Translations under genes and position numbers: made by a program | The notes under the pieces: model-generated | What the model was told of the DNA's origin: nothing | Database searches by the model: none | The model's input: only the letters and a program-made list of their open reading frames with translations | In this document: in pieces, positions 19,121 to 30,500 of the stretch | How positions within the stretch are numbered: the first letter of the stretch is position 1 | How the letters are laid out: each line of letters starts with the position of its first letter | DNA from: Escherichia coli | GTDB lineage: Bacteria; Pseudomonadota; Gammaproteobacteria; Enterobacterales; Enterobacteriaceae | DNA: 64,000 nucleotides | Direction: 5' to 3' (one strand) | Assembly: GCF_002854065.1 (NCBI RefSeq) | Contig: NZ_CP024147.1

Positions 19121-20455
19121 ATGACTGTAACGACTTTTTCCGAACTTGAACTCGACGAAAGCCTGCTGGAAGCCCTCCAGGATAAAGGTTTCACTCGCCC
19201 GACCGCCATTCAGGCTGCCGCCATTCCGCCTGCGCTCGATGGCCGTGATGTACTCGGTTCTGCGCCGACAGGCACCGGTAAAACGGCGGCGTATCTGCTG
19301 CCAGCGTTGCAGCACCTGCTCGATTTCCCGCGTAAGAAATCCGGTCCGCCGCGTATTTTGATCCTCACCCCAACTCGCGAGCTGGCGATGCAGGTGGCCG
19401 ATCATGCCCGCGAACTGGCGAAACATACGCATCTGGATATCGCCACCATCACCGGCGGCGTAGCCTATATGAACCACGCGGAAGTGTTCAGCGAAAATCA
19501 GGACATCGTGGTCGCCACGACCGGACGTCTGCTGCAATACATAAAAGAAGAGAACTTCGATTGCCGCGCGGTTGAAACGCTGATCCTCGACGAAGCAGAC
19601 CGTATGCTGGATATGGGCTTCGCTCAGGATATCGAACATATTGCTGGCGAAACGCGCTGGCGTAAACAGACCCTGCTCTTTTCGGCAACTCTGGAAGGCG
19701 ATGCGATTCAGGACTTTGCCGAGCGTCTGCTGGAAGATCCGGTGGAGGTTTCTGCCAATCCGTCCACCCGTGAGCGCAAAAAAATTCATCAGTGGTATTA
19801 CCGCGCCGATGACCTGGAACATAAAACCGCATTGCTGGTGCATCTGTTAAAACAGCCGGAAGCGACCCGCTCAATTGTGTTTGTGCGTAAGCGTGAGCGT
19901 GTGCATGAGCTGGCAAACTGGCTGCGCGAAGCGGGCATCAACAACTGCTATCTCGAAGGTGAGATGGTACAAGGCAAGCGTAACGAAGCGATCAAGCGTT
20001 TGACCGAAGGTCGCGTAAACGTACTGGTTGCAACCGATGTTGCCGCGCGCGGTATCGACATTCCTGACGTCAGCCACGTCTTTAACTTCGATATGCCGCG
20101 CAGTGGCGATACTTATTTGCACCGTATCGGACGTACCGCGCGCGCCGGTCGTAAAGGCACCGCAATTTCGCTGGTAGAAGCCCATGACCATCTGCTGCTG
20201 GGCAAAGTTGGTCGCTATATTGAAGAGCCAATTAAAGCTCGCGTGATTGATGAGTTACGCCCGAAAACGCGTGCGCCAAGCGAGAAGCAGACCGGCAAGC
20301 CATCGAAGAAAGTACTGGCAAAACGCGCCGAGAAGAAAAAAGCTAAAGAGAAAGAGAAGCCGCGGGTGAAAAAACGCCATCGCGATACCAAAAATATTGG
20401 TAAGCGCCGTAAACCGAGCGGAACGGGCGTGCCACCGCAAACGACAGAAGAGTAA
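19121..20455 (+). CDS. srmB: ATP-dependent RNA helicase SrmB (DEAD-box)
   Basis: 444-aa ORF with [15 protein letters not shown] and HRIGRTAR motifs; lysine-rich C-terminal tail. Confidence 0.96.
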   Translation: MTVTTFSELELDESLLEALQDKGFTRPTAIQAAAIPPALDGRDVLGSAPTGTGKTAAYLLPALQHLLDFPRKKSGPPRILILTPTRELAMQVADHARELAKHTHLDIATITGGVAYMNHAEVFSENQDIVVATTGRLLQYIKEENFDCRAVETLILDEADRMLDMGFAQDIEHIAGETRWRKQTLLFSATLEGDAIQDFAERLLEDPVEVSANPSTRERKKIHQWYYRADDLEHKTALLVHLLKQPEATRSIVFVRKRERVHELANWLREAGINNCYLEGEMVQGKRNEAIKRLTEGRVNVLVATDVAARGIDIPDVSHVFNFDMPRSGDTYLHRIGRTARAGRKGTAISLVEAHDHLLLGKVGRYIEEPIKARVIDELRPKTRAPSEKQTGKPSKKVLAKRAEKKKAKEKEKPRVKKRHRDTKNIGKRRKPSGTGVPPQTTEE

Positions 20456-20460
20456 TCTCA

Positions 20461-20490
20461 ATGCCGGGTTTAAGCCCGGCATTATTTTTA
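20461..20490 (+). terminator. Rho-independent terminator after srmB
   Basis: Hairpin ATGCCGGG-TTTAAG-CCCGGCAT followed by a T-rich run; the yfiE stop codon lies in the T-run. Confidence 0.6.
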
Positions 20491-21369
20491 TCCCGGCAAA
20501 AAACAATCTTCAACACACTGAATAAAAGTGTGCATCGCCGGGCTAACTGCTTTTCCGGCATGGTGAGCGCACATTGCCGTAATGGTCTGCGAGTGTTCGC
20601 CAAAAGGCAATTCAATTAATTCTCCGCTCTCAAGCTCTTTTTCCACCGCAAAGCGGGGCAAGTAACTGACACCGATATTCGCCGCGACACAACGTTTGAT
20701 ACTTTCAATGCTTAACAGCTCAATGGTGTTTTCCACCGTGATCCGCCGCTGGCGCAGCGTGCTCTCAAATATCTGCCGGAATACACATTGCGGTTCGTTG
20801 ATAATAAAGCTACAGGCGTTATGTCTTCCCGGCTCAGTAAAATCGACATCTGCAATTTGCGGTGAAGCTACCAGCACCAGCGATTGCTCACCCAATTCTC
20901 GTCGGTTCAGGGCATCATCATTCCCTACGCGATAAAAAACCCCGACATCGGCCTCATCATTCAGTAGCGCATCACGGATCACGTAACAGTTCAGAGACTG
21001 CAACGATAAACGCACTTTTGGGGCGCGTTGCCGAAAACGCTGCAACACCTGCGGCATTCGGTAAGAGAGCAACGTTTCGCCCGAAACAACGCGTAGTTCC
21101 CCGTCCGGATCCGACTCCTTTTTGGCAGCCTCACGAAGGGTATCCATCACTCTGGTGAGTTCATAAATGTGCGGCAGCAGCTTTTTACCTTCGCGAGTGA
21201 GGCACATCCGTCGGCCAATTTTCTCAAATAACTGTACCGAGAACTCCTGCTCAAGCTGCTGAATATGAAAAGTCACCGTCGATTGTGTACAGCACAATTT
21301 TTGCGAAGCTCGCAAAAAGGAACCCTCTTCCACCACGGTTTTAAGCGTAATAAAACGGCGCAGATCCAT
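20488..21369 (-). CDS. yfiE: LysR-family transcriptional regulator
   Basis: ORF 20488..21414 trimmed to MDLRRFITLKTVVEEGSFLRASQKL..., 293 aa; LysR HTH and substrate-binding domain. Confidence 0.85.
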   Translation of the reverse strand: MDLRRFITLKTVVEEGSFLRASQKLCCTQSTVTFHIQQLEQEFSVQLFEKIGRRMCLTREGKKLLPHIYELTRVMDTLREAAKKESDPDGELRVVSGETLLSYRMPQVLQRFRQRAPKVRLSLQSLNCYVIRDALLNDEADVGVFYRVGNDDALNRRELGEQSLVLVASPQIADVDFTEPGRHNACSFIINEPQCVFRQIFESTLRQRRITVENTIELLSIESIKRCVAANIGVSYLPRFAVEKELESGELIELPFGEHSQTITAMCAHHAGKAVSPAMHTFIQCVEDCFLPG

Positions 21370-21471
21370 AACCCCAAACCTATCGAAAATATCGAATTTA
21401 GAATGTAAAAACATTCATTTTTTAAAATGTTCCGTGTCGGGTACTGTCTACCAAAACAGAGGAGATAACAA

Positions 21472-22059
21472 GTGACACCGACCCTTTTAAGTGCTTTTTG
21501 GACTTACACCCTGATTACCGCCATGACGCCAGGACCGAACAATATTCTCGCCCTTAGCTCAGCCACAACGCACGGATTTCGTCAGAGTACCCGCGTGCTG
21601 GCAGGGATGAGTCTGGGATTTTTAATCGTCATGTTGCTGTGTGCGGGCATTTCGTTTTCACTGACTGTTATCGACCCGGCAGCAGTGCATCTGTTGAGTT
21701 GGGCAGGAGCGGCATATATTGTCTGGCTGGCGTGGAAAATCGCTACCAGTCCAACAAAGGAAGACGGGCTTCAGACAAAACCAATCAGTTTTTGGGCCAG
21801 CTTTGCTTTGCAGTTTGTGAACGTCAAAATCATTTTGTACGGTGTTACGGCACTGTCGACATTTGTTCTGCCGCAAACACAGGCGTTAAGCTGGATAGTT
21901 GGCGTCAGCGTTTTGCTGGCAATGATTGGGACGTTTGGCAATGTGTGCTGGGCGCTGGCGGGGCATCTATTTCAGCGATTGTTTCGCCAGTATGGTCGCC
22001 AGTTAAATATCGTGCTGGCGCTGCTGCTGATCTATTGCGCGGTACGCATTTTCTATTAA
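21472..22059 (+). CDS. eamB: Cysteine/O-acetylserine efflux protein (LysE/RhtB family)
   Basis: 195-aa ORF, GTG start, multi-TM protein MTPTLLSAFWTYTLITAMTPGPNN... Confidence 0.9.
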   Translation: MTPTLLSAFWTYTLITAMTPGPNNILALSSATTHGFRQSTRVLAGMSLGFLIVMLLCAGISFSLTVIDPAAVHLLSWAGAAYIVWLAWKIATSPTKEDGLQTKPISFWASFALQFVNVKIILYGVTALSTFVLPQTQALSWIVGVSVLLAMIGTFGNVCWALAGHLFQRLFRQYGRQLNIVLALLLIYCAVRIFY

Positions 22060-22061
22060 TG

Positions 22062-22092
22062 AAAAAAAGCGGAAGAGGTCGCCCTCTTCCGC
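22062..22092 (-). terminator. Terminator hairpin between eamB and grcA (functional mainly for grcA)
   Basis: GCGGAAGAGG-TCGC-CCTCTTCCGC 10-bp stem; the A7 run on the plus strand gives a U-tract on the minus-strand transcript. Confidence 0.6.
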
Positions 22093-22114
22093 TTAGTAAC
22101 TTGCTACTTAAGCC

Positions 22115-22498
22115 TTACAGGCTTTCAGTAAAGGTACGAGCGATAACGTCGCGCTGCTGTTCCGGAGTCAGAGAGTTAAAGCGAACTGCATAACCGGATA
22201 CACGGATGGTCAGCTGCGGATATTTTTCCGGATGCTTAACTGCATCTTCCAGAGTTTCACGACGCAGAACGTTAACGTTCAGGTGCTGACCACCTTCAAC
22301 GCGAACTTCTGGTTTCACTTCTACTGGAACTTCACGGTACTCAATGTCACCCAGTTTGCTTACTGCAACCACTTCGTCTTCTGCAAAACCTGCTTTCGCA
22401 ACGATGCAACGTGCTTCGCCTTTTTCGCTGTCCAGCAGCCAGAAAGAGTTCAGCAGATCGTCGTTAGCGGCTTTAGTAATCTGGATACCTGTAATCAT
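22115..22498 (-). CDS. grcA: Autonomous glycyl radical cofactor (stress-induced PFL spare part)
   Basis: ORF 22115..22516 trimmed to [22 protein letters not shown]..., 127 aa; C-terminal glycyl-radical motif RVSGYAV. Confidence 0.93.
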
Positions 22499-22605
22499 GT
22501 GATGCCTCCCCGGCAAAATTATTTGATTTGTTCAGCCTGTCGCGGCCAATTGGTAAAACCATTGTTGCTTGAGTGTATATATACTCCTCAAACACCCTTG
22601 ATTCT

Positions 22606-22619
22606 TTGATTTAAATCAA
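22606..22619 (+). promoter_or_regulatory. FNR box (TTGAT-N4-ATCAA) in grcA promoter; second weaker site at 22659-22672
   Basis: Perfect consensus TTGATttaaATCAA; a second site TTGTTttacATCAA lies 53 bp further upstream, consistent with the tandem FNR-site architecture described for yfiD/grcA. Confidence 0.6.
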
Positions 22620-22802
22620 TAAAAACCACACATCAATTGTGGTCGCAAATGGATTTTATTGTTTTACATCAACTTATGCGGGTGTGAAATTTTACCAATT
22701 TACATTTTTTTGCACTCGTTTAAGTCTAAAAAATGAGCATGATTTTGTTCTGTAGAAAGAAGCAGTTAAGCTAGGCGGATTGAAGATTCGCAGGAGAGCG
22801 AG

Positions 22803-23492
22803 ATGGCTAACGAATTAACCTGGCATGACGTGCTGGCTGAAGAGAAGCAGCAACCCTATTTTCTTAATACCCTTCAGACCGTCGCCAGCGAGCGGCAGTC
22901 CGGCGTCACTATCTATCCACCACAAAAAGATGTCTTTAACGCGTTCCGCTTTACCGAGTTGGGTGACGTTAAAGTGGTGATTCTCGGCCAGGATCCTTAT
23001 CACGGACCGGGACAGGCGCATGGGCTGGCATTTTCCGTTCGCCCCGGAATCGCCACTCCTCCGTCACTGCTGAATATGTATAAAGAGCTGGAAAATACTA
23101 TTCCGGGCTTCACCCGCCCTAATCATGGTTATCTTGAAAGCTGGGCGCGTCAGGGCGTTCTGCTACTCAATACTGTGTTGACGGTACGCGCAGGTCAGGC
23201 GCATTCCCACGCCAGCCTCGGCTGGGAAACCTTCACCGATAAAGTGATCAGCCTGATTAACCAGCATCGCGAAGGCGTGGTGTTTTTGTTGTGGGGATCG
23301 CATGCGCAAAAGAAAGGGGCGATTATAGATAAGCAACGCCATCACGTACTGAAAGCACCGCATCCGTCACCGCTTTCTGCGCATCGTGGATTCTTTGGCT
23401 GTAACCATTTTGTGCTGGCAAATCAGTGGCTGGAACAACATGGCGAGACGCCGATTGACTGGATGCCAGTATTACCGGCAGAGAGTGAGTAA
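22803..23492 (+). CDS. ung: Uracil-DNA glycosylase
   Basis: 229-aa ORF with GQDPYH active-site motif. Confidence 0.97.
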   Translation: MANELTWHDVLAEEKQQPYFLNTLQTVASERQSGVTIYPPQKDVFNAFRFTELGDVKVVILGQDPYHGPGQAHGLAFSVRPGIATPPSLLNMYKELENTIPGFTRPNHGYLESWARQGVLLLNTVLTVRAGQAHSHASLGWETFTDKVISLINQHREGVVFLLWGSHAQKKGAIIDKQRHHVLKAPHPSPLSAHRGFFGCNHFVLANQWLEQHGETPIDWMPVLPAESE

Positions 23493-23539
23493 ATTTGCGG
23501 GAAAATGCCGGATGGCAGAGTTGCCACCCGGCTGATTTA

Positions 23540-24577
23540 TCAGGCTTTATTCTGACGCCACCATTCACCAAGCAAAACGCCTGTTGCAACAGAGATATTC
23601 AGCCCGGCAACGTTGCCCGTACCGTCAATCTTCACGCGCAGATCGTTCGGATCGCGTGCGGCATCCGGTAACCCTTCATATTCCTGACCCAGCACCAGTA
23701 CCATTTTCGCTGGCAGGCTGGTTTTGAACAGCGGTTTCCCCTGCTCGCTGGAAGTTGTCACTACGGTGTAACCCGCCTGACGGAAATCATCCAGCACGTT
23801 AACAATGTTGTCGCCAGTAATCGGCTGAACGTGCTCTGCGCCGCCTTCTGCGGTACGGATAGCCGCACCCGACTCCAGCAGTGCCGCATCCTGCACCACA
23901 ACGCCTTTCACGCCGAAGTGCGCGCAGCTGCGCATCATGCCACCCAGGTTATGCGGGTTAGATTCGTTTTCCAGTGCCAGAACGCAATCCTGCGCACCTG
24001 CCTGGCTTACCCACTGCTGCACGGTTGTGCCATTACGCTTTTTGATCAGGAAGCAAACGCCGCCGTGATGTTCCGTGCCTGACGCTTTTGTCAATTCCGC
24101 TTCATCCACCACATGGTACGCTTTGCGGTTTGCCGCCATCCAGCGCAAGGCTTCTTTAAAACGTGGCGTTACGCTCTGGATAAACCAGGCGCGAACAATC
24201 GCTTCCGGACGGCTCTGGAACAGTGCCTGACATGCATTTTCGCCGTAGACGCGGGTTTCTTCCGCACGCTGACGACGCAAAACTTCTGGATCAATAAAAC
24301 TTTTACCACTGATGCCACCGTGATCGGCCTTTTCCGGCGTCTCATCACCCGGCGCGCGGGAAACCGTGCGCCACGGCGAATCTTCCCACTTGCGGTCACG
24401 GGGCTGACTCTGTTTGTCATCGCGGGCGGGGCGACGGCCACCGTCAGCACGAGATTTTCCTGGACGCCCGCCCCCTTTCCCGGTACGCGGGTTGTGGGTA
24501 CGTTTATCAGAATCATCATCACTGCGGACATACATCACTTTGACCTTGCCGCTTTTACCTTTCATTTCATCGTTCAT
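23540..24577 (-). CDS. yfiF: SpoU/TrmH-family RNA methyltransferase with Arg/Gly-rich N-terminal region
   Basis: ORF 23540..24652 trimmed to [24 protein letters not shown]..., 345 aa; C-terminal SPOUT domain. Confidence 0.85.
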
Positions 24578-24783
24578 GCTTTTCTCCACCAGCGCTGCGC
24601 GAAGCGCGCAGATTACCCGAAGTCCGCGCGGTTCGCCATGATTTCGTACCAAAGCCTGCGACTATCATACCTATTGAATAAAACAGATTGTTGTCTAGAA
24701 CAATGTCCCCGATAATATGTAACATATTAGAAACATACCGGCGTCGTTGCCGATAAGTCTCCTTACTCATCCCGAGGTTAGTT

Positions 24784-25203
24784 ATGAATACCGTTTGTAC
24801 CCATTGTCAGGCCATCAATCGCATTCCCGACGATCGGATCGAAGATGCGGCAAAATGCGGACGCTGCGGTCACGACTTGTTTGACGGAGAGGTGATTAAT
24901 GCGACCGGTGAAACGCTCGACAAATTGCTGAAAGATGATCTACCTGTGGTGATCGACTTCTGGGCACCGTGGTGCGGCCCCTGCCGTAATTTCGCACCAA
25001 TTTTTGAAGATGTCGCGCAAGAGCGTAGCGGTAAAGTGCGCTTTGTGAAAGTGAATACCGAAGCTGAACGTGAATTGAGCAGTCGCTTTGGAATTCGTAG
25101 TATACCGACGATCATGATTTTCAAAAACGGTCAGGTTGTCGACATGCTTAATGGCGCAGTACCGAAAGCGCCGTTCGATAGCTGGCTGAACGAATCTCTT
25201 TAA
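24784..25203 (+). CDS. trxC: Thioredoxin 2 (N-terminal zinc-finger, WCGPC active site)
   Basis: 139-aa ORF with CxxC...CxxC zinc finger followed by WAPWCGPC. Confidence 0.95.
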
Positions 25204-25271
25204 TCTTACCGGGGCGCATCTTGTGCCCCGTTTTCTCCTCTGCGACAATGGCGTTTTTTCGACGCTCTCTT

Positions 25272-25970
25272 ATGACCGAAAACGCTGTTCTCCAGTTACG
25301 CGCCGAGCGTATTGCGCGCGCAACACGTCCTTTTCTTGCCCGCGGTAATCGCGTTCGTCGCTGCCAGCGCTGTCTTTTGCCAGAGAAATTATGTCTCTGT
25401 TCGACAATTACCCCAGCACAAGCAAAAAGTCGCTTCTGTTTGCTGATGTTCGACACCGAGCCAATGAAGCCCAGTAATACCGGGCGTCTGATTGCTGATA
25501 TTTTGCCTGATACCGTTGCGTTTCAATGGTCGCGTACCGAACCCTCGCAGGATTTGCTGGATCTGGTACAAAACCCGGATTATCAGCCAATGGTGGTCTT
25601 TCCCGCCTCGTATGCTGATGAGCAACGGGAAGTGATCTTCACACCACCTGCCAGTAAGCCACCGCTGTTTATCATGCTCGATGGTACCTGGCCGGAAGCT
25701 CGCAAGATGTTTCGTAAAAGTCCGTATCTGGATAATCTTCCCGTCATTTCCGTCGATCTTTCCCGGCTTTCTGCCTATCGCCTGCGTGAAGCCCAGGCTG
25801 AAGGCCAATATTGTACTGCCGAGGTAGCCATCGCACTGTTAGATATGGCCGGCGATACCGGGGCGGCAGCAGGGTTAGGCGAGCATTTTACCCGCTTTAA
25901 AACACGCTATCTGGCAGGAAAAACGCAACATCTGGGTAGCATCACAGCAGAACAGTTAGAAAGCGTTTAA
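25272..25970 (+). CDS. yfiP: DTW-domain tRNA-uridine aminocarboxypropyltransferase
   Basis: ORF 25221..25970 trimmed to MTENAVLQLRAERIARATRPF..., 232 aa; DTW motif (LDGTWPEA). Confidence 0.85.
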   Translation: MTENAVLQLRAERIARATRPFLARGNRVRRCQRCLLPEKLCLCSTITPAQAKSRFCLLMFDTEPMKPSNTGRLIADILPDTVAFQWSRTEPSQDLLDLVQNPDYQPMVVFPASYADEQREVIFTPPASKPPLFIMLDGTWPEARKMFRKSPYLDNLPVISVDLSRLSAYRLREAQAEGQYCTAEVAIALLDMAGDTGAAAGLGEHFTRFKTRYLAGKTQHLGSITAEQLESV

Positions 25971-26001
25971 AATCATTCGGTCACTTCTGCGGGAGGCCGG
26001 T

Positions 26002-28662
26002 ATGAGTCAGCGAGGACTGGAAGCACTACTGCGACCAAAATCGATAGCGGTAATTGGCGCGTCGATGAAACCCAATCGCGCAGGTTACCTGATGATGCGT
26101 AACCTGCTGGCGGGAGGCTTTAACGGACCGGTACTCCCGGTGACGCCAGCCTGGAAAGCGGTGTTGGGTGTGTTGGCCTGGCCGGATATTGCCAGCTTGC
26201 CCTTTACACCCGACCTTGCGGTTTTATGTACCAATGCCAGCCGTAATCTTGCTCTTCTGGAAGAGCTCGGCGAGAAAGGCTGTAAAACCTGCATTATTCT
26301 TTCCGCCCCGGCATCGCAACACGAAGATCTCCGCGCCTGCGCCCTGCGCCATAACATGCGCCTGCTTGGACCAAACAGTCTGGGTTTACTGGCTCCCTGG
26401 CAAGGTCTGAATGCCAGCTTTTCGCCGGTACCTATTAAACGCGGCAAGCTGGCGTTTATTTCACAATCGGCTGCCGTCTCCAACACCATCCTCGACTGGG
26501 CGCAACAGCGTGAGATGGGCTTTTCCTACTTTATTGCGCTCGGCGACAGCCTGGATATCGACGTTGATGAATTGCTTGACTATCTGGCACGCGACAGTAA
26601 AACCAGCGCCATCCTGCTCTATCTCGAACAGTTAAGCGACGCGCGACGCTTTGTTTCGGCGGCCCGTAGTGCCTCGCGTAATAAACCGATTCTGGTGATT
26701 AAAAGCGGACGTAGCCCGGCGGCACAGCGACTGCTCAACACGACGGCAGGAATGGACCCGGCATGGGATGCGGCTATTCAGCGTGCCGGTTTGTTGCGGG
26801 TACAGGACACCCACGAACTGTTTTCGGCGGTAGAAACCCTTAGCCATATGCGCCCGCTGCGTGGCGACCGGTTGATGATTATCAGCAACGGTGCTGCGCC
26901 TGCCGCGCTGGCGCTGGATGCCTTATGGTCACGCAATGGCAAGCTGGCAACACTAAGCGAAGAAACCTGCCAGAAACTGCGCGATGCACTGCCAGGACAT
27001 GTGGCAATATCTAACCCGCTCGATCTGCGCGATGACGCCAGCAGCGAGCATTATGTCAAAACGCTGGACATTCTGCTCCACAGCCAGGATTTTGATGCGC
27101 TGATGGTTATTCATTCGCCCAGCGCCGCTGCTCCCGCAACAGAAAGTGCGCAAGCATTAATTGAAGCGGTAAAGCATCATCCCCGCAGCAAGTATGTTTC
27201 TCTGCTGACGAACTGGTGCGGCGAGCACTCCTCGCAAGAGGCACGACGTTTATTCAGCGAAGCCGGGCTGCCGACCTACCGTACCCCGGAAGGAACCATC
27301 ACTGCTTTTATGCATATGGTGGAGTACCGGCGTAATCAGAAGCAACTACGCGAAACGCCGGCGTTGCCCAGCAATCTGACTTCCAATACCGCAAAAGCGC
27401 ATCTTCTGTTGCAACAGGCGATTGCCGAAGGGGCTACGTCGCTCGATACCCATGAAGTTCAGCCCATCCTGCAAGCGTATGGCATGAACACGCTCCCTAC
27501 CTGGATTGCCAGTGATAGCACCGAAGCGGTGCATATTGCCGAACAGATTGGTTATCCGGTGGCGCTGAAATTGCGTTCGCCGGATATTCCACATAAATCG
27601 GAAGTTCAGGGCGTCATGCTGTACCTGCGTACAGCCAATGAAGTCCAGCAAGCGGCAAACGCTATTTTCGATCGCGTAAAAATGACCTGGCCGCAGGCGC
27701 GGGTCCACGGCCTGTTGGTGCAAAGTATGGCTAACCGTGCTGGCGCTCAGGAGTTGCGGGTTGTGGTTGAGCACGATCCGGTTTTTGGGCCGTTGATCAT
27801 GCTGGGTGAAGGCGGTGTGGAGTGGCGTCCTGAAGATCAAGCCGTCGTCGCACTGCCGCCGCTGAATATGAACCTGGCCCGCTATCTGGTTATTCAGGGG
27901 ATCAAAAGTAAAAAGATTCGTGCGCGCAGTGCGCTACGCCCATTGGATGTTGCAGGCTTGAGCCAGCTTCTGGTGCAGGTTTCCAACTTGATTGTCGATT
28001 GCCCGGAAATTCAGCGTCTGGATATTCATCCTTTGCTGGCTTCTGGCAGTGAATTTACCGCGCTGGATGTCACGCTGGATATCGCGCCGTTTGAAGGCGA
28101 TAACGAGAGTCGGCTGGCAGTGCGCCCTTATCCGCATCAGCTGGAAGAATGGGTAGAATTGAAAAACGGTGAACGCTGCTTGTTCCGCCCGATTTTGCCA
28201 GAAGATGAGCCACAACTTCAGCAATTCATTTCGCGAGTCACCAAAGAAGATCTTTATTACCGCTACTTTAGCGAGATCAACGAATTTACCCATGAAGATT
28301 TAGCCAACATGACGCAGATCGACTACGATCGGGAAATGGCGTTTGTAGCGGTACGACGTATTGATCAAACGGAAGAGATCCTCGGCGTCACGCGTGCGAT
28401 CTCCGACCCTGATAACATCGATGCCGAATTTGCCGTGCTGGTTCGCTCGGATCTCAAAGGGTTAGGCTTAGGTCGACGCTTAATGGAAAAGTTGATTACC
28501 TATACGCGAGATCACGGACTACAACGTCTGAATGGTATTACGATGCCAAATAATCGTGGCATGGTGGCGCTGGCCCGCAAGCTCGGGTTTAACGTTGATA
28601 TCCAGCTCGAAGAGGGGATCGTTGGGCTTACGCTAAATCTTGCCCAACGCGAGGAATCATGA
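26002..28662 (+). CDS. patZ: Protein lysine acetyltransferase (acyl-CoA synthetase-like + GNAT domain)
   Basis: 886-aa ORF; CoA-binding N-terminus and C-terminal GNAT domain. Confidence 0.93.
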   Translation: MSQRGLEALLRPKSIAVIGASMKPNRAGYLMMRNLLAGGFNGPVLPVTPAWKAVLGVLAWPDIASLPFTPDLAVLCTNASRNLALLEELGEKGCKTCIILSAPASQHEDLRACALRHNMRLLGPNSLGLLAPWQGLNASFSPVPIKRGKLAFISQSAAVSNTILDWAQQREMGFSYFIALGDSLDIDVDELLDYLARDSKTSAILLYLEQLSDARRFVSAARSASRNKPILVIKSGRSPAAQRLLNTTAGMDPAWDAAIQRAGLLRVQDTHELFSAVETLSHMRPLRGDRLMIISNGAAPAALALDALWSRNGKLATLSEETCQKLRDALPGHVAISNPLDLRDDASSEHYVKTLDILLHSQDFDALMVIHSPSAAAPATESAQALIEAVKHHPRSKYVSLLTNWCGEHSSQEARRLFSEAGLPTYRTPEGTITAFMHMVEYRRNQKQLRETPALPSNLTSNTAKAHLLLQQAIAEGATSLDTHEVQPILQAYGMNTLPTWIASDSTEAVHIAEQIGYPVALKLRSPDIPHKSEVQGVMLYLRTANEVQQAANAIFDRVKMTWPQARVHGLLVQSMANRAGAQELRVVVEHDPVFGPLIMLGEGGVEWRPEDQAVVALPPLNMNLARYLVIQGIKSKKIRARSALRPLDVAGLSQLLVQVSNLIVDCPEIQRLDIHPLLASGSEFTALDVTLDIAPFEGDNESRLAVRPYPHQLEEWVELKNGERCLFRPILPEDEPQLQQFISRVTKEDLYYRYFSEINEFTHEDLANMTQIDYDREMAFVAVRRIDQTEEILGVTRAISDPDNIDAEFAVLVRSDLKGLGLGRRLMEKLITYTRDHGLQRLNGITMPNNRGMVALARKLGFNVDIQLEEGIVGLTLNLAQREES

Positions 28663-28775
28663 GTAAGGTACTGGAAATGTTGACCACTTAATCGGGACTG
28701 GTGTTATTATTGCCCGCTTATGTCGTCTGCATTGCACAGAGGACCCTTCAATGAACAGAGAAGAAATGCACTGTG

Positions 28776-30131
28776 ATGTTGTCAAAATTTAAGCGTAATA
28801 AACATCAACAACACCTTGCCCAACTACCCAAGATTTCTCAATCAGTTGATGATGTCGATTTCTTTTACGCTCCCGCCGACTTCCGGGAGACGCTGCTGGA
28901 AAAAATAGCCAGCGCGAAGCAGCGCATTTGCATTGTCGCCCTGTATCTCGAACAGGATGACGGTGGCAAAGGCATTCTGAACGCGTTGTATGAAGCTAAA
29001 AGGCAGCGTCCGGAACTGGATGTGCGGGTGCTGGTCGACTGGCATCGTGCACAACGTGGACGCATTGGCGCTGCGGCATCTAACACTAACGCTGACTGGT
29101 ACTGCCGCATGGCGCAGGAAAATCCGGGCGTAGATGTTCCGGTTTATGGCGTTCCAATCAATACCCGTGAAGCCCTTGGTGTTCTGCACTTTAAAGGCTT
29201 TATCATCGACGATAGCGTACTTTATAGCGGTGCCAGCCTGAACGATGTTTACCTGCATCAGCACGATAAATATCGCTACGACCGTTATCATCTTATCCGT
29301 AACCGTAAGATGTCAGACATTATGTTTGAATGGGTTACACAGAATATTATGAATGGCCGCGGCGTTAATCGTCTGGATGATGTTAATCGGCCAAAAAGCC
29401 CGGAAATCAAGAATGATATTCGTCTGTTCCGCCAGGAGCTGCGTGATGCCGCTTATCATTTCCAGGGCGATGCCGACAACGATCAGCTTTCCGTAACGCC
29501 GCTAGTGGGGCTGGGGAAATCGAGTCTGTTGAACAAGACCATTTTCCATCTTATGCCTTGTGCCGAGCAGAAACTAACCATCTGTACGCCATACTTCAAC
29601 CTGCCAGCAATCCTTGTGCGCAATATTATCCAGTTGCTGCGCGAAGGGAAAAAGGTCGAAATTATTGTTGGTGATAAAACCGCGAACGACTTCTACATTC
29701 CGGAAGATGAACCTTTCAAGATAATTGGCGCATTGCCTTATCTCTATGAGATCAATCTGCGTCGTTTCCTGAGCCGTTTGCAGTATTACGTCAATACTGA
29801 CCAGCTAGTGGTTCGGTTATGGAAAGATGACGACAACACCTATCACCTAAAAGGGATGTGGGTTGATGATAAGTGGATGTTGATCACTGGTAATAACCTG
29901 AACCCGCGCGCCTGGCGTCTGGATCTGGAAAACGCCATTTTGATCCACGATCCACAACTGGAGCTTGCGCCGCAGCGAGAGAAAGAACTGGAGCTGATCC
30001 GCGAGCATACCACCATCGTTAAGCACTATCGCGATCTGCAAAGTATTGCCGATTATCCGGTGAAGGTTCGTAAACTCATCCGCCGTTTGCGCCGTATCCG
30101 CATCGACCGATTAATTAGCCGCATCCTGTAA
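28776..30131 (+). CDS. pssA: CDP-diacylglycerol--serine O-phosphatidyltransferase (PLD-type)
   Basis: ORF 28773..30131; started at the ATG at 28776 (MLSKFKRNKHQQHLAQLPK...), 451 aa; two HKD-like motifs. Confidence 0.93.
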   Translation: MLSKFKRNKHQQHLAQLPKISQSVDDVDFFYAPADFRETLLEKIASAKQRICIVALYLEQDDGGKGILNALYEAKRQRPELDVRVLVDWHRAQRGRIGAAASNTNADWYCRMAQENPGVDVPVYGVPINTREALGVLHFKGFIIDDSVLYSGASLNDVYLHQHDKYRYDRYHLIRNRKMSDIMFEWVTQNIMNGRGVNRLDDVNRPKSPEIKNDIRLFRQELRDAAYHFQGDADNDQLSVTPLVGLGKSSLLNKTIFHLMPCAEQKLTICTPYFNLPAILVRNIIQLLREGKKVEIIVGDKTANDFYIPEDEPFKIIGALPYLYEINLRRFLSRLQYYVNTDQLVVRLWKDDDNTYHLKGMWVDDKWMLITGNNLNPRAWRLDLENAILIHDPQLELAPQREKELELIREHTTIVKHYRDLQSIADYPVKVRKLIRRLRRIRIDRLISRIL

Positions 30132-30135
30132 TCAC

Positions 30136-30164
30136 AACCCCGTCCTGTACGGGGTTTGTTTTTT
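30136..30164 (+). terminator. Rho-independent terminator after pssA
   Basis: AACCCCGT-CCTGT-ACGGGGTT hairpin followed by TGTTTTTT. Confidence 0.7.
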
Positions 30165-30176
30165 GGAGGCCATGTT

Positions 30177-30500
30177 TTGCGTATTCTTTTTGTCTGTTCG
30201 CTATTGTTACTTTCTGGATGCAGCCATATGGCTAACGATAGCTGGAGCGGGCAGGATAAAGCTCAACACTTTATCGCCTCGGCGATGCTTTCCGCCGCCG
30301 GAAATGAATATTCACAGCATCAGGGGATGAGCCGGGATCGCAGTGCCATGTTTGGATTGATGTTCTCTGTCAGTTTGGGGGCGTCAAAAGAGCTTTGGGA
30401 TAGCCGCCCCGAAGGGAGCGGCTGGAGCTGGAAGGATTTGGCCTGGGATGTCGCCGGTGCAAGCACCGGCTATACCGTCTGGCAACTGACCCGTCACTAA
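30177..30500 (+). CDS. yfiM: Lipoprotein YfiM
   Basis: ORF 30156..30500 trimmed to the TTG at 30177 ([18 protein letters not shown]..., lipobox LLSGC), 107 aa; GGAGG 7 nt upstream. Confidence 0.8.

Noticed and set aside
24113-24715. 200-aa plus-strand ORF
   Set aside because: Antisense to the GC-rich, low-complexity 5' part of yfiF.
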